The position numbers and the translations under genes were made by a program. Shown here piece by piece: positions 41,239 to 54,305 of a stretch of 64,000 nucleotides of DNA (its first letter is position 1; each line of letters begins with the position of its first letter). Source of the stretch: Octopus sinensis (lineage: Eukaryota); contig NC_043000.1 of the NCBI RefSeq assembly GCF_006345805.1, forward strand, positions 157,666,001 to 157,730,000, read 5' to 3'. The notes beneath the pieces are model-generated. The model made no database searches, was not told where the DNA came from, and saw only the letters and a program-made list of their open reading frames with translations.

Positions 41239-42014
41239 CATATATTTGGGCATACAATCGTACAGACAGCCATCTTCACATACTCATACATCAAAGCATA
41301 TAAACATACAAATATTAATCCATGTACTACACCTAACTAAAAATGAAGTTATAGTCATATAAACGCGTAGTTCTTTTGAACATGAAAACAAATATCTTGG
41401 AAAGCCTAGGACATACATCAAACACCCAATCTAATATACAAACAAATTTCTATGTAAGCATGGAAGCTGTAGAATTCTTGATACAAACCTGTTATATCTG
41501 ATACCTTAGAACAATATATTCTTTCGGTTAGCAATGCCGTTATATATGAGCTCAGAAAACAAGTATAATTTGCTGATATTACAGTATTATGTAGATTTTC
41601 TACCAAAATGAAGTTATTAATACTAGAATGCTAATGAAAAAGAAATCATTTGCAGACATATACATAAACAATGAATTCAGTAAGAATTTAGCTGTGGCAT
41701 TATTTAAAATCCACTGCTGTGACATATGTTTTTTTTTTTATCTGTTCAATAATATTACAATGGTCATTTCCGATCTAATGCAGAGCATGTGAAAAACATG
41801 TCATTTGCTATAATATTTCGTTCTGAGGACGAGGCTGAGATCAAATGGAAAGGCTAAAGTATTAATGGCTTTAGAAACGAGAATATTCGAAATCCCACAT
41901 AAAGTGACCAATAAAAGAAACCTTAATTAAAATTAATCCACCAGACGTATCTTAATATAACATATTCGACAAAAAAGCTGTTAAGAATTGCTGCACACAA
42001 GCATATATTTTTAT

Positions 42015-42112
<98 letters not shown>

Positions 42113-42113
42113 G

Positions 42114-42184
<71 letters not shown>

Positions 42185-42209
42185 AATCTATCTATCTCTG
42201 TGGGGGGGG

Positions 42210-42430
42210 TGAAGGCGCATGGCCTAATGTGTAGGGAGTTGCATCCACAATCTCGCGTTCGAGGTTTCAATCCCAAAACGCGTGGTGCGGTTTACCTAGA
42301 ATTCTCTGCGGTCATTTCGACTCCAGACGCGTGGTACACATTCTATGTGCCAATGTCGATTTGGTGGAGAGAGTGTCCTAAAGTGCGGCAAGAACAAGTA
42401 ATCGTTTGTGTACGTCTTCGACGAAAGAAA
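42210..42430 (+). mobile_element. Decayed tRNA-derived SINE family D
   Basis: GAAGGCGCATGGCCTAATG..GGTTTCAATCCC head; AATGTCGATTTGGTGGAGAGAGTG body. Confidence 0.6.
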
Positions 42431-42462
42431 CCATTACACACACACACACACACACACACACA

Positions 42463-42532
<70 letters not shown>

Positions 42533-42553
42533 TGACAGGATGTTTGATTTTTA

Positions 42554-42587
<34 letters not shown>

Positions 42588-42613
42588 TACATTCATACAC
42601 ACATACATACATA

Positions 42614-43523
42614 TAGGGTGCTATGCGTAAATGGTTGCCTTTTTTATAATTTTAATTTTGTGCATTACATTGTTTGTATTTGATTTTGTCGACTACGCGA
42701 TATAGTAGGCTCAGTTGGGCACCGTTTGCGAGAACAACAGAACCATGACGCAATTCACTCTCCTAGAAAGTGGGAAACGACATGCTGTGCTGCTTGGCAT
42801 TTGCATCGGAGGCTCCAATACGAACATTTCAAAGTGTAACACAGTGCACCTGTTCAGTCAATGTGTCAATGTCGATTTGATGGAGAGAGTGTAATCTGAG
42901 GATATGTACCGAGAGTGATAAAAATCAAACATCCTGTCAACATCACGGTATTTGGAGTGGTCACTACTGATGGAGACGTTATGCCTCCATTCATCTTCCC
43001 ACACGACCTGAGACTCAACACGGAAACCTACATCAAATGCCTGGAGCAGTTAGTGCTGCCCTGGGTCAAGAGGGTGGCTGCTGGAAGACCCTGTCTGTGG
43101 TAATAGGAACCTGTACCATGCCACACAAGCTGGAGAATCCAGTCATGGCTGTCAGACGATTTCTGCAACCGCATCACCTCTAACATCTGGCCATCTAACA
43201 CTCCAGACTGCAACCCCTTTGACTATTATGTAAGAGGCGGAGTTCAGCGTTAGACCAACAAAATTCCTTGTAATACCAAAATTGAACTGAAGGCAAGGAT
43301 TCACCAACTTAAACAAGGAGACAGCCCAGAAGGGTTACAAGAGCTTCCAATCATGTGGAGGTCGTGGTTGAAGCCAATGTCAATTTTATTGAATATATTT
43401 ACTTATTAGTTAGTATTTCAAGATATTTTTATGCAATTTTGATAATTATAACTATTAAAATGAGATACCAGTGTTATTTTAATTTTTGCGTTATTTACAC
43501 GACACTTCATTCACCGTACCCTG
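42614..43523 (+). mobile_element. Decayed IS630-Tc1-mariner transposon (maT/DD37D-like), internally deleted
   Basis: Degenerate TIRs (TA)TAGGGTG.../...CACCGTACCCTG(TA); transposase relics KHPVNITVFGVVTTDGDVMPPFIFP, YIKCLEQLVLPW, WPSNTPDCNPFDYY with in-frame stops. Confidence 0.8.
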
Positions 43524-43678
43524 TATATTCCGATAACCGCATGACCCTCTTTCCAGTGCTCGCATTTAAATTTCATATATTTCCTTTTAACATCCATTAT
43601 CCATATTTTCATATGTGCATTACATAAACACACACACATACACAAACACCATCCATACATATATACGTAATATGTACA

Positions 43679-43713
<35 letters not shown>

Positions 43714-43731
43714 CCTCTCCCTATATATTAC

Positions 43732-43845
43732 CAGAGATAGGATGTTCCAGCAGCCACCCTCTTGACCCAGGGAAGCACTAACTCATCCAAGTATTTGATG
43801 TAGGTCTCCGTGTTGAGTCTGAGGCCGTGTCGGAAGTATTTTGGT
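43732..43845 (-). mobile_element. Second fragment of the same mariner transposase, inverted
   Basis: Minus strand HGLRLNTETYIKYLDELVLPWVKRVAAG, homologous to 43000-43080. Confidence 0.8.
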
Positions 43846-44913
43846 GTGTAACGGCAAATTTCATATCTATATCCTTACATACATGAATACATGCATACAA
43901 ACACACTCATGTATCTAGGTGCATGCATGCATACATTCATACATACATACATACATAACAGAGTGGAAAATTTATAATAATTAATAAATAGAAAAGCATC
44001 CAAACATACATAGAAAACCAGAAATGAGAAAGTTGATTCAAAGACTACAGATCAGAGCCATTACTGAAACTGTAAAAGTCTGTAAAACTTCCCAGATGTT
44101 TAGCATTTATGAATGTACAACCATGTCTAGACATGCAACTATATGCATGAGAATACATACTTAAAACAAAATATACAAATGTGCACATGTGCATACATAC
44201 ACAAATACCATGCTATGTTGAAATTCCAATGAAGGAGCCTAGGATCTAGGTTAGAAACCAGCTCCTTCTCTATTGGTAAGAAATTTTGAAATAAAACTGG
44301 ACTGAATAATGGCACACATGCATATATACATGCATGCATACATACCCACATACATGCATGCATACATACATACATACATACATACATACATACATACATA
44401 CATACATACATACATACATACATACATACATACATACACGCATACATATAAAACTTACACGTATAGTGATATATAACAAATTCATTGGCTCGATAATGCC
44501 GGAACGTAGCTATCTGGATTGATGATAGAAATCATGAAGCAATGTATGGGAGACGAGACTTGAAATAAAACAAAGCAAATAAAATTTTACAACGGAATCT
44601 ATTATATGATTATTTACTTAGTGGTGATGGTCGTGGTGGTGGTATTTGGGGAAGGAAGTAAACAAATAAAATGAAGAAAATAAATGAAACAGAAAGAAAA
44701 CAAACAAGGGAAACAGGGAGCACACAACGCAATGTGCTGAAGAGAAGGAAATTTCACCAAACAGATCTATAATTTTCTAGATCAATGTCGACCACTAATG
44801 TGGATAATGTCCAGTGAAGTCTATTACATTAGAAAAGAAAAAAAAATCGATGGCAATTGTCTTGGTTGCAAATCATATGAGTTTCCTTTACTAAACTGCG
44901 TACGATTCTTATA

Positions 44914-44946
<33 letters not shown>

Positions 44947-45041
44947 GTGTGTGTGTATGTGCGTTGTATGTGTACGTGCGCATGTGTGTGTGCGCATGCG
45001 TATGTATAGATGTATATATGTATGCATCTATCTATTTATCT

Positions 45042-45077
<36 letters not shown>

Positions 45078-45152
45078 ATTGATAGAAATGGTAAGACAAC
45101 AAAGAATGAAAGAGATCTCGATATTATGTAAATTGAGGAATTTCTCTGTATA

Positions 45153-45224
<72 letters not shown>

Positions 45225-45225
45225 G

Positions 45226-45339
<114 letters not shown>

Positions 45340-45540
45340 ATATTATATATATATATATATACATATACATTTCTATGTGTGTATTTACATATATATCACA
45401 AAAGTACATTCACGTACTTTACTAATAATACCCATTATCGTTATTATAATAGTTGGATGAATGGCAAATTCGATTTCGGCAAATTTTGAACTGAGAACGT
45501 AAAGAATGCAAAATGCCGCTAAGCATTTTGCCGGATGTGC

Positions 45541-45694
<154 letters not shown>

Positions 45695-45714
45695 TAATAA
45701 TAATAATAATGATA

Positions 45715-46108
45715 TCTTTATATATAAAAGTTAAGTTGTGTGTCTGCCTCCTACGATTTAGATTCCTAACTACTCCCACATTTTGCGGTGCAGTTTAACC
45801 AAAACCGGGTATCTTATAGTCGTGATTCATATCGAACCCTTCTGGGTATTAGCGCGCGTCTACGGCGAGTCTACGATTTAAAAAAAAAATTACCATAATT
45901 TTTTCCATTTTAATGCATTTTTTCGTTATTATATAAGGGAAGTAACTCTCTAAAAATGTCTACGATGAGTCAACGATTTAAAAAAAAATTACCATAATCT
46001 TTTCCCATTTTTAATGCATTTTTTGCTATTTTTTGGCTATAACTCTCTAAAAATGCTTATATAGTTATTTCCCGTACAAACCCGAGCAACGCCGGGCGAT
46101 ACTGCTAG
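45715..46108 (+). mobile_element. Non-autonomous Helitron (394 bp)
   Basis: Starts TCTTTATATATAAAAG after an A; ends with hairpin CCCG-AGCAACGC-CGGG and CTAG before a T (A|T target); internal tandem repeat of about 95 bp. Confidence 0.8.
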
Positions 46109-46352
46109 TTGATTATAAATTTTTGGCAAAAGACCAGCGTTTAAGTCGATTGCATAGACCGCATTACTCAGCTGGTATTCAATATCAACGACAATAATAA
46201 AAACAGCTGTATTGATGGTAGTGCTAATTACACTAATAACACGAATAATGCATCTGTATATACAGATGATGAATTGTTTTATGCGTTTTCTAATGTGCTC
46301 CCTTCCCTTGAGTCTCCCTCTCTATTTCTTTATCTATTTATCCTCCTCTATC

Positions 46353-48082
46353 GAGCTGGTCGGCGAGACACTGAAAAACTACGAAGCGGTGACAGTAGCG
46401 AAAATCAACCGGGAAAAGTCAGTGGGCTTGCGACTAGGCACCTGGAGAAGCAAGCCCATGCCGTCCACCAGCGCCTCCGTCGTGGGACGCTGGACCGACG
46501 GCCCGGTTGAGTTGTTCGGGGTCTGGTTTGGTCCGGACCTCCAAGTGGAGAAGAACTGGAACGAGATAACGAGTAGGGTGGTCACTCTCGCCCGGCAATG
46601 GGCCGAGAGGAAACTGTCCCTAAAAGGTCGAGCAGAGGTGGCGAACACGTACATCGCGTCCGTCATTTACTACCGCCTGACCGTCGTACCTTGTCCCGAC
46701 CCTACCATCACCAAACTACAACGCATCCTCTTTCGCTTCTTGTGGAAAGGATGCGTCCCGATGGTCAGGCGATCCATTTGCTGTCAACACCCGTTTAAAA
46801 GGAGGGCTGGGCATGCCGTGGTTGATGATGCGCAGACACGCGTGAGACTGCGACATCTCTGGCTCTATGTAGACGACGGTGAACAGGTGTGGTCGCCGTT
46901 TGTGAGGCACGCTTTCCCGCAGCTCGTCTCCATGACCGAACTGCAGTCGTGGATCAAAAAGAGGCCGAGGAAGGGGCGAATGGCACCGCGAGTGTCGCGT
47001 TGCTCTCAAGCAACTCTGCCGTCCTGGGTCGACCTTAAGTGACTTCAACACAACCAAAGCATTCTATAGGGGTTTAGTGGAGGGGAGGTACGACGACGAG
47101 CTCGGGGCGAACCTGGACGTCGACGAGGAGTACCGACCCGCCTGTTCAGGACGACTTTCGGCCAGGGCCCATGGACAACTTCCAGAGATCCCTGGCCTGG
47201 CAGTGCTACCGAGAAGCGCTACCGTTCGGGATAAGCTCTACAGACACGGCTCGAGAAACACGGGGCCGACCTGCCCGAGATGCGGTCAGAGCGACGAAAA
47301 CGTTCTGCACGCACTCGTTCAGTGTCCAACAATTTCCGACCTGTGGGCTTGTGTCGAAAACTGCTGTCACGTGTGGGACGAGTCGGTTTATCAGCTGCTG
47401 AGTCTATCGTCAATATTGTCACGCCTCCTCCTTCAAACGGGAAGGAAGAGCTATTTCATCATCTTGTGGCTATGGCGCGAAAGAATGTATCTGGTGTACG
47501 CGTCTGAAAGGATTGGAGACAAAACACTTTCCTCTCTGGTCAATCTCTCATCAACTTCTTCAAGTACCACCTGAAAAGGAAAGTGAGAGTAGAGAGGCAA
47601 GTTTTGTCTAGCGAATGTTTTAAAAAAAGAGTGGTGAATGTAGCAAGAATGGCACGTATGAATGACGAAGCCACCTTGAGCATAGTCCTATGAACCCAGA
47701 AATCGAAAACAGAGAGTGCTTATTTGCAAAAAAAAAAAAAAAGAAATATAAAATGTGACTTCATTGACCGAGGTTACCGTGGTCTTTTCCGTAGGCTTTT
47801 CTTTCCACGGGTAAACCTCACCTGTCCTCCCCTTTACACTTCATATTGACATTTCTGTGATAACGATCCCTATTGATCAATTTTTTTTTTCCTCACCCCT
47901 TTTTTTTTTAACCCCCTTTTTTTGTCCTCTTCTCTCCTTTAAGATCCCTTTTGATCGAAACTCCCCTTACTTTTTTTTTTTTTTTTAAACCTTCAAACGA
48001 AAAGCTCTACCTTGTAATTTGTTCTATCTGTGTGCAGCCCTGTGTGGCTAATAAAGAAACATATCTATCTATCTATCTATCT
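46353..48082 (+). mobile_element. 5'-truncated Tx1-clade (L1 superfamily) LINE: RT C-terminus, Zn-finger domain, 3' UTR, (TATC)n tail
   Basis: Frameshifted ORF2 with AKINREKS, GVWFG, RKLSLKGRAEVAN, LFRFLWKG, KGGLGMP and CPRCGQSDENVLHALVQC motifs; ends AATAAAGAAACA(TATC)n. Confidence 0.9.
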
Positions 48083-48191
48083 AGCTACACACGTAATGGA
48101 TGAATTGTTTTATGCGTTTTCTAATGTGCTCCTTTCCCTTGAGTCTCCCTCTCTATTTCTTTATCTATTTATCCTCCTCTATCTATCCTCC

Positions 48192-48262
<71 letters not shown>

Positions 48263-48333
48263 GTCTGTCTGTCTATCTATCTATCGATCTATCTATCTAT
48301 CTATCTATCTGTCTATCTATCTGTCTGTCTATC

Positions 48334-48668
48334 GGAGAAGAACTGGAACGAGATAACGAGTAGGGTGGTCACTCTCGCCCAGCAATGGGCCGAGAGGAAA
48401 CTGTCCCTAAAAGGTCGGGCGGAGGTGGTGAACGCGTACATCGCGTCCATCATCTACTACCGCCTGACCGTCGTACCTTGTCCCGACCCTACCATCACCA
48501 AACTAGAACGCATCCTCTTCCGCTTCTTGTGGAAATTTTTTAAAAAATTTTATTTGTTATTTTATTTTTTGTTTTTTTTTGTTTTTTTTTTAAACCTTCA
48601 AAAGAAAAGCTCTACCTTGTAATTTGTTCTATCTGTGTGCAGCCCTGTGTGGCTAATAAAGAAACATA
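48334..48668 (+). mobile_element. Second, internally deleted copy of the same Tx1-clade LINE embedded in (TATC)n
   Basis: 48334-48535 aligns to 46547-46748 with 9 substitutions in 202 bp, then joins the 3' UTR end matching ~47980-48062; TATC/TGTC arrays on both sides. Confidence 0.9.
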
Positions 48669-48676
48669 TCTGTCTG

Positions 48677-48743
<67 letters not shown>

Positions 48744-48760
48744 GTCTATCTATCTATCTG

Positions 48761-48801
<41 letters not shown>

Positions 48802-48967
48802 ACTATCGCTGTCTGTCTGTCTGTCTGTAGTCTGTCTGTCTGTCTATTATCTATCTATCTACCTACTATCTATCTATCTATCGTCTGTTGTCTGTTGTCT
48901 GTCTATATATCTATCTATCTATCTATCTATCTATCGATATATCTATCTATCTATCTATATATTATCA

Positions 48968-49000
<33 letters not shown>

Positions 49001-49001
49001 A

Positions 49002-49055
<54 letters not shown>

Positions 49056-49220
49056 CACACGCAATGGAAAATGGAAAATGAAAAGACCAAGTGAATACAA
49101 ACGCTCAAAGTTCCCTTGCCCAGTCAAACCATTGTCATCCACGTAGGCCATAACGTAACTTTCCACTGCCTGTACAATTTATATTACATACATATATTCA
49201 TACATACATATAAATATATA

Positions 49221-49447
49221 TTCTTTGCTTGTTTTACTTGTTTCAGTCATTTGACTGCGGCCATGCTGGAGCACCAAGTTTACTCAACAAACTGACCATA
49301 GGACTTATTCTTTCTAAGCCTAGTACTTACTCTATCGGCCTCTTTTGCCGAAACGCCAGTTTACGGCGACGTAAACAGACGAAAGTCGGTTGTCAAACGA
49401 TGGTCGGGGCTTGAAGTGTCGGTGGATAAACGCAGATGAACAAATAC

Positions 49448-49480
<33 letters not shown>

Positions 49481-49646
49481 TACACACACATATACGGCAG
49501 GCTTCTTTCAGTTTCCGTCTACCAAATCCACTCACAAGGCTTTGGTCAGCCTGAGACTATAATAAAAGAAACGTGACCGAGGTGCCACGCAGTGGGACTG
49601 AACACGGAACCATGTGTTTCGGAAGCGAGCTACTTACAACACAACC
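49221..49646 (-). mobile_element. SINE family C, full length
   Basis: TTTCAGTCATTTGACTGCGGCCATGCTGGAGCACC tail through GGGACTGAAC..GAAGCGAGCTACTTAC head. Confidence 0.85.
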
Positions 49647-49991
49647 TCTGCTCTTCGAAACACGCTGGAGTTGAACTAGGGACAGCTGATGAAGGGGAGT
49701 TTTCCTTGTGTGTTTGTCTTGTACTCTGTTTTTTCGTTGTTGAAAAAAAGGTCCGTTCGATGCTTATTTTTACGTTTTCGTTTCTCGTTGAGTTCTACAC
49801 CTATTTGTGGTGTCCTGTACTCACGTATATTTATTTATATATGCATGTATATATACATGTAGATGTAGGTACGTACATATATGTATGTATGCATATATTT
49901 TATTTATTACACTATTGTATGACTGAGCGCCCTCGCGTCGATTCGATTCGATTAGTTTCGTTTCTTCTTCATAAGCAGTTTATATATATAT

Positions 49992-50040
<49 letters not shown>

Positions 50041-50219
50041 GTTTATATAGTCATGTATTTATATACATTTATATACATGCATGCATACACACAGAAATGT
50101 GTGTGTACGCTTATCCACTCATTAATGTATTTATACAGCTTTCATCAGGATATTTACGTACATATCTCTCCCACAACTTTTCCTGCTCACTGCATCGAAA
50201 TTTTCTTTTTGGTTCCCCA

Positions 50220-50264
<45 letters not shown>

Positions 50265-51691
50265 CAACACCAACATACACATATTTCCATACAAATTTTT
50301 TTTTTATAGTCAAGTTATATACAGGCGTCTCTGAAACACGTCTCTTTGGTCTTTGCATCTCTTTTCCTCTGCATCCCCTTCCCTCTCTCTCTCTCAATGT
50401 CTCACTTTCCAATGTCTTCACTCTTCGATCAAATTTTCTCTACTTCTTTCGATGTTTTTTGTTGTTGTCGTTGTTAATGCTGTCGTCCTCGTCTTCGTGG
50501 TTGTCGTCGATTTTATGTTTGGTCAAGACTTTGATGGCGCAGATTGGGTGTCGTATAATGCTGATGACGAAAACAATGATAACGACGATGCTGAATGATA
50601 GAGATTATAACCAGAATGATGAAGATGATGCTGATTATGATGGCGCTTACGATGATGTAGCGATTCAGCGATTTTATGTGTATATATGTATGGGAACACA
50701 CGTGTAGGTGTGTGTGTTTATATGCGTGTGTGTACACCCGCTTACACACACGGGCACACATATATACGTGTGAATACAAAGTAAGGAAAAAAATCTGTAC
50801 GCTGTTAATGGTATAATGATAACCATTATTTGTAATACTCAATGTCTGCTGCAGTGGTTGGTATAATAGAATTCTCCTAGGTTGCACTATCGATTGCAAT
50901 TTACTACCAAGGTCGATTCAAACGATTTTACAATAGCATCCACTGATTGCTAAGCGCTATCGCACAAAACACACACATACACACACACGCATACACTCAT
51001 ACACACACATACACGTACGTACCTGCGAGTACAAATACACAAACACACAGATTTGCGCATTCACACACACCCACAATCTCTTATCGACACATACGCACGC
51101 ATATTGACAATGGCATATACACACGTAGATAGAGAGACAAAACACTGTAATAAAAGATATGGACGTTCCGTATAATTGCGGTGTATGTGTATAGTGTTGT
51201 GTGTGTGGGTAGTTGTGGAGTGCTGTGATAATTGTGATAATTGTGGTTGCACTCTGGAACATTATATAATAGCTTAAACTTGGAACAACGTCAATTCATT
51301 AAATAGATGTCAATATTCTTTTTTAATGGCTGGCAATATAGCTCTATTTATAAATAGTGCACTTCGCGAGTGGAAAAAACAAAGCAGAATGAAAAATACA
51401 AAGAGAATTGCACGTTAAGTAGAAATAGCATGCGTTTATATATTAATGGGTCAGTCAAATATCGTATACATGTAGGTGCCTGCATATGTATATTTAAGTA
51501 TGTATATATGTATGTATGTATGTGTGTATGTATGCATGTATGTATATATATATATGTATATATATATATGTGTATATATATATATGTATGCAACATATAT
51601 ATGTATGTTATATATATATATGTATGTATATATATTTATTAATATATATATATATATATGTATGTATATATATATATATATATATATATAG

Positions 51692-51732
<41 letters not shown>

Positions 51733-52074
51733 GAGAGAGATACGCAAACACGTACTCACACACACACACACACACGCATATATATTATATATATATATAT
51801 ATGTATCAGTTGAATAATGTTAAAACACGGCCTGATTTTTAATTTTTTTTTATTATATTAATTTAAAAAAATGTTTAACTGTGTTGAAATGTGTTAAGCA
51901 TTAAAAATATTTTGTAAAGTTTATATATTTCAATTAGCGCTTTCATACGTTCGTGGTAATCATCAGATTTCAAAATGTATTTAATTGACTGTTGAGTTCT
52001 TGAGTAAATTTCCACACGATTTGGGAATTACTGCCAAAATATATTGTGTCTAGAAACATTGAAAAGCTGTCCCC

Positions 52075-52345
52075 GGTAGATTTACTGTAACCTTCATACT
52101 AGACACCTTCAGCCTCATCCTCGAAAATAATACATTCCTTTTCAAAGAAAACATCTACCTTCAAATTCAAGGTACAACTATGGGGATAGAAATTGCTCCA
52201 GTTTTCCCGAAAATTGGGATACATGGAACAAAATTTATATATAAAGGCATGACCTTTAGAATACATAGAGATCGCATGGAAAAAGATACTTCGATGATTG
52301 TCCCCTAATTTGGAGCAGCATCGATGATTTTATAAGCTTACAACT
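52075..52345 (+). pseudogene. Decayed Penelope-like reverse transcriptase core
   Basis: Frameshifted translation LILENNTFLFKENIYLQIQGTTMGIEIAP...GYMEQNLY...W.RYFDDC.LIW matches the PLE RT QxxGxxMG and RYxDD motifs. Confidence 0.8.
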
Positions 52346-52526
52346 TCTAAGCGATCACCGCGCAATGACTAAAGTATATAATCTAATAATGGGGCATATA
52401 AGCCCTCGACGGAAAAATGTAGCCTTTTCTGTATGCGTACGGAAACACTTTTTTTCCGCCAAGGGCTTATAAGCCCCATTATTAGACTACTTTCTTTAGT
52501 CATTGCCTGGTGATCGTTTATAAGCT

Positions 52527-52528
<2 letters not shown>
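52332..52528. repeat. Imperfect inverted repeat (arms about 80 bp) directly 3' of the PLE RT relic
   Basis: TCTAATAATGGGGCATATAAGCCCTCGACGGAAAAA vs TTTTTCCGCCAAGGGCTTATAAGCCCCATTATTAGA, extending outward with gaps. Confidence 0.85.
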
Positions 52529-52556
<28 letters not shown>

Positions 52557-52560
<4 letters not shown>

Positions 52561-52705
52561 CCGGAGTAAACACATAAATGTGAAACAAGGTGGAAAAAAA
52601 GAGTACTCAAATACCAGTGGTAGAGTAATATGCTTTATTTAAAGCAGCAGACAATTCGACAAAACTTGTTACTCTGAGTTTCACGTTGCCGTTCGTCGGA
52701 CAGTT

Positions 52706-52708
<3 letters not shown>
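52557..52708 (-). mobile_element. Penelope-like terminus carrying an HHR motif, between (TA)n and (TATG)n
   Basis: Contains the 52662-52706 HHR-like fold; microsatellites on both sides. Confidence 0.65.
52662..52706 (-). ncRNA. Degenerate type I hammerhead ribozyme (U4C) in Penelope-like terminus
   Basis: Minus strand AAACUGU-CCGACGA-ACG(GCAA)CGU-GAAAC-UCAGA-GUA-ACAAGUUU: GNRA-capped stem II, palindromic ACUCAGAGU stem III, GUA site, 7-bp stem I with one bulge; only core position 4 deviates. Confidence 0.7.
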
Positions 52709-52739
<31 letters not shown>

Positions 52740-53886
52740 TGTATGTATGTATGTATGTATGTATGTATGTATGTATGTATGTATGTATATGCATATATAC
52801 CTATATCTATATCCATATATATCTTGCAGACTATATAATCATAAAATCGGGAGATGTAAGAGGTGAATACAGATTTATTTTTTTCCCAAACGTTCTCCAT
52901 ATGGCTTCGAGCGTTTTGTAATATTTTCAGTTCAGTATTGTTAATTTTAACTGTTTAAATTAATACGTATATTTTACATCCGTAATAATATTTAGCAACA
53001 TATAAAACAACGTTATATAACATATCAACGTATAATACAGGAAACTACCTCATCAGATCATATATATATATTGAAAGAAGACGGATATTTGCTAGTCATG
53101 GCTGTATTTAGTTTCTAGTCATGGCTGTACTTAGGTATTGAATCTGAATGTCATACACGGCAAATTACAAATTTAGGAACATTTATTTTCCTGAATGTAG
53201 AAGAGAAACAAAATATTATTTTCCCCCAAAGAAAAGTTTAACTACGTAAAAATTTATCATATTCACAGTCTACACTATTGCTATCAAAATTATTGCGAGG
53301 GCTCTGTTTATTTTATAAGCTCTCTTAACTTTAATTATGAAAGTTTCCTTTGTTTAAGCGTGAAGAAAAACTCATATTTGTGTCTGCTAAAATGTCTATA
53401 TATGCTTGAAGTCGAGGACAATACCCTGAAAAAGACGCCAAATCGTCGTCACAATATGTGCCTATAACTTCCTCACTTCTGAGATAAATAAGATATTGCT
53501 TTTCCTTTTCCAGTAGGCTTATTATTTCAACCATGAAATTATATTTAATTTCATGAAAATATCACTTCATCTCATTCATATTTGCAAATAAAGTAGTGTA
53601 GTTTAATATTCCTCGTTGTTAAGAAAGAAATTTTAATAAGAATCAGTATTCAGTAAGATATTCCCCATCCCCAGCGACATTTTCATCTGAATTAATATAG
53701 TTGGCCTTTTATATCCTTTTAGTTGAAATTCATATATACATGCACATAGACACCCCCACACCCAGATACACACACAAACATGTATACATAGACACATATA
53801 TACATTCATACACATATATATATATTTAGATACACATATATATATAAATATATAAAAACATGTGTCTATGCATATGTATATATATA

Positions 53887-54188
53887 TCACCGTGACCGAC
53901 CAGGCTATCAGATGTTGCTACAAATCGCTGACCACAATGCGCTTCGCATTGTTTTAGCCTTCAAATGACGCCACCCCTCAGGCGAAGCGAGCAGGCCAAC
54001 AGAAGAAAGAGTGAGAGAAAGTTGTGGCAAAAGAGTACAGCAGGGATCGCCACCACCCACTGCCGGAGCCTCGTGGAGCTTTAGGTGTTTTCGCTCAATA
54101 AACACTCACAACGCTTGGTCTGGGAATCGAAACCGCGATCCTACGACCGCGAGTCCGCTGCCCTAACCACTGGGCCATTGCTGCCTCC
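53887..54188 (-). mobile_element. SINE family A variant with alternative 3' tail
   Basis: First ~182 nt match family A; after CTCACTCTT an unrelated ~120-nt tail follows. Confidence 0.85.
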
Positions 54189-54189
54189 A

Positions 54190-54305
<116 letters not shown>

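Noticed and set aside
49670-49715. CUGAUGA followed by a hairpin in a possible PLE end
   Set aside because: No GAAA after the stem and no stem I/III partners.
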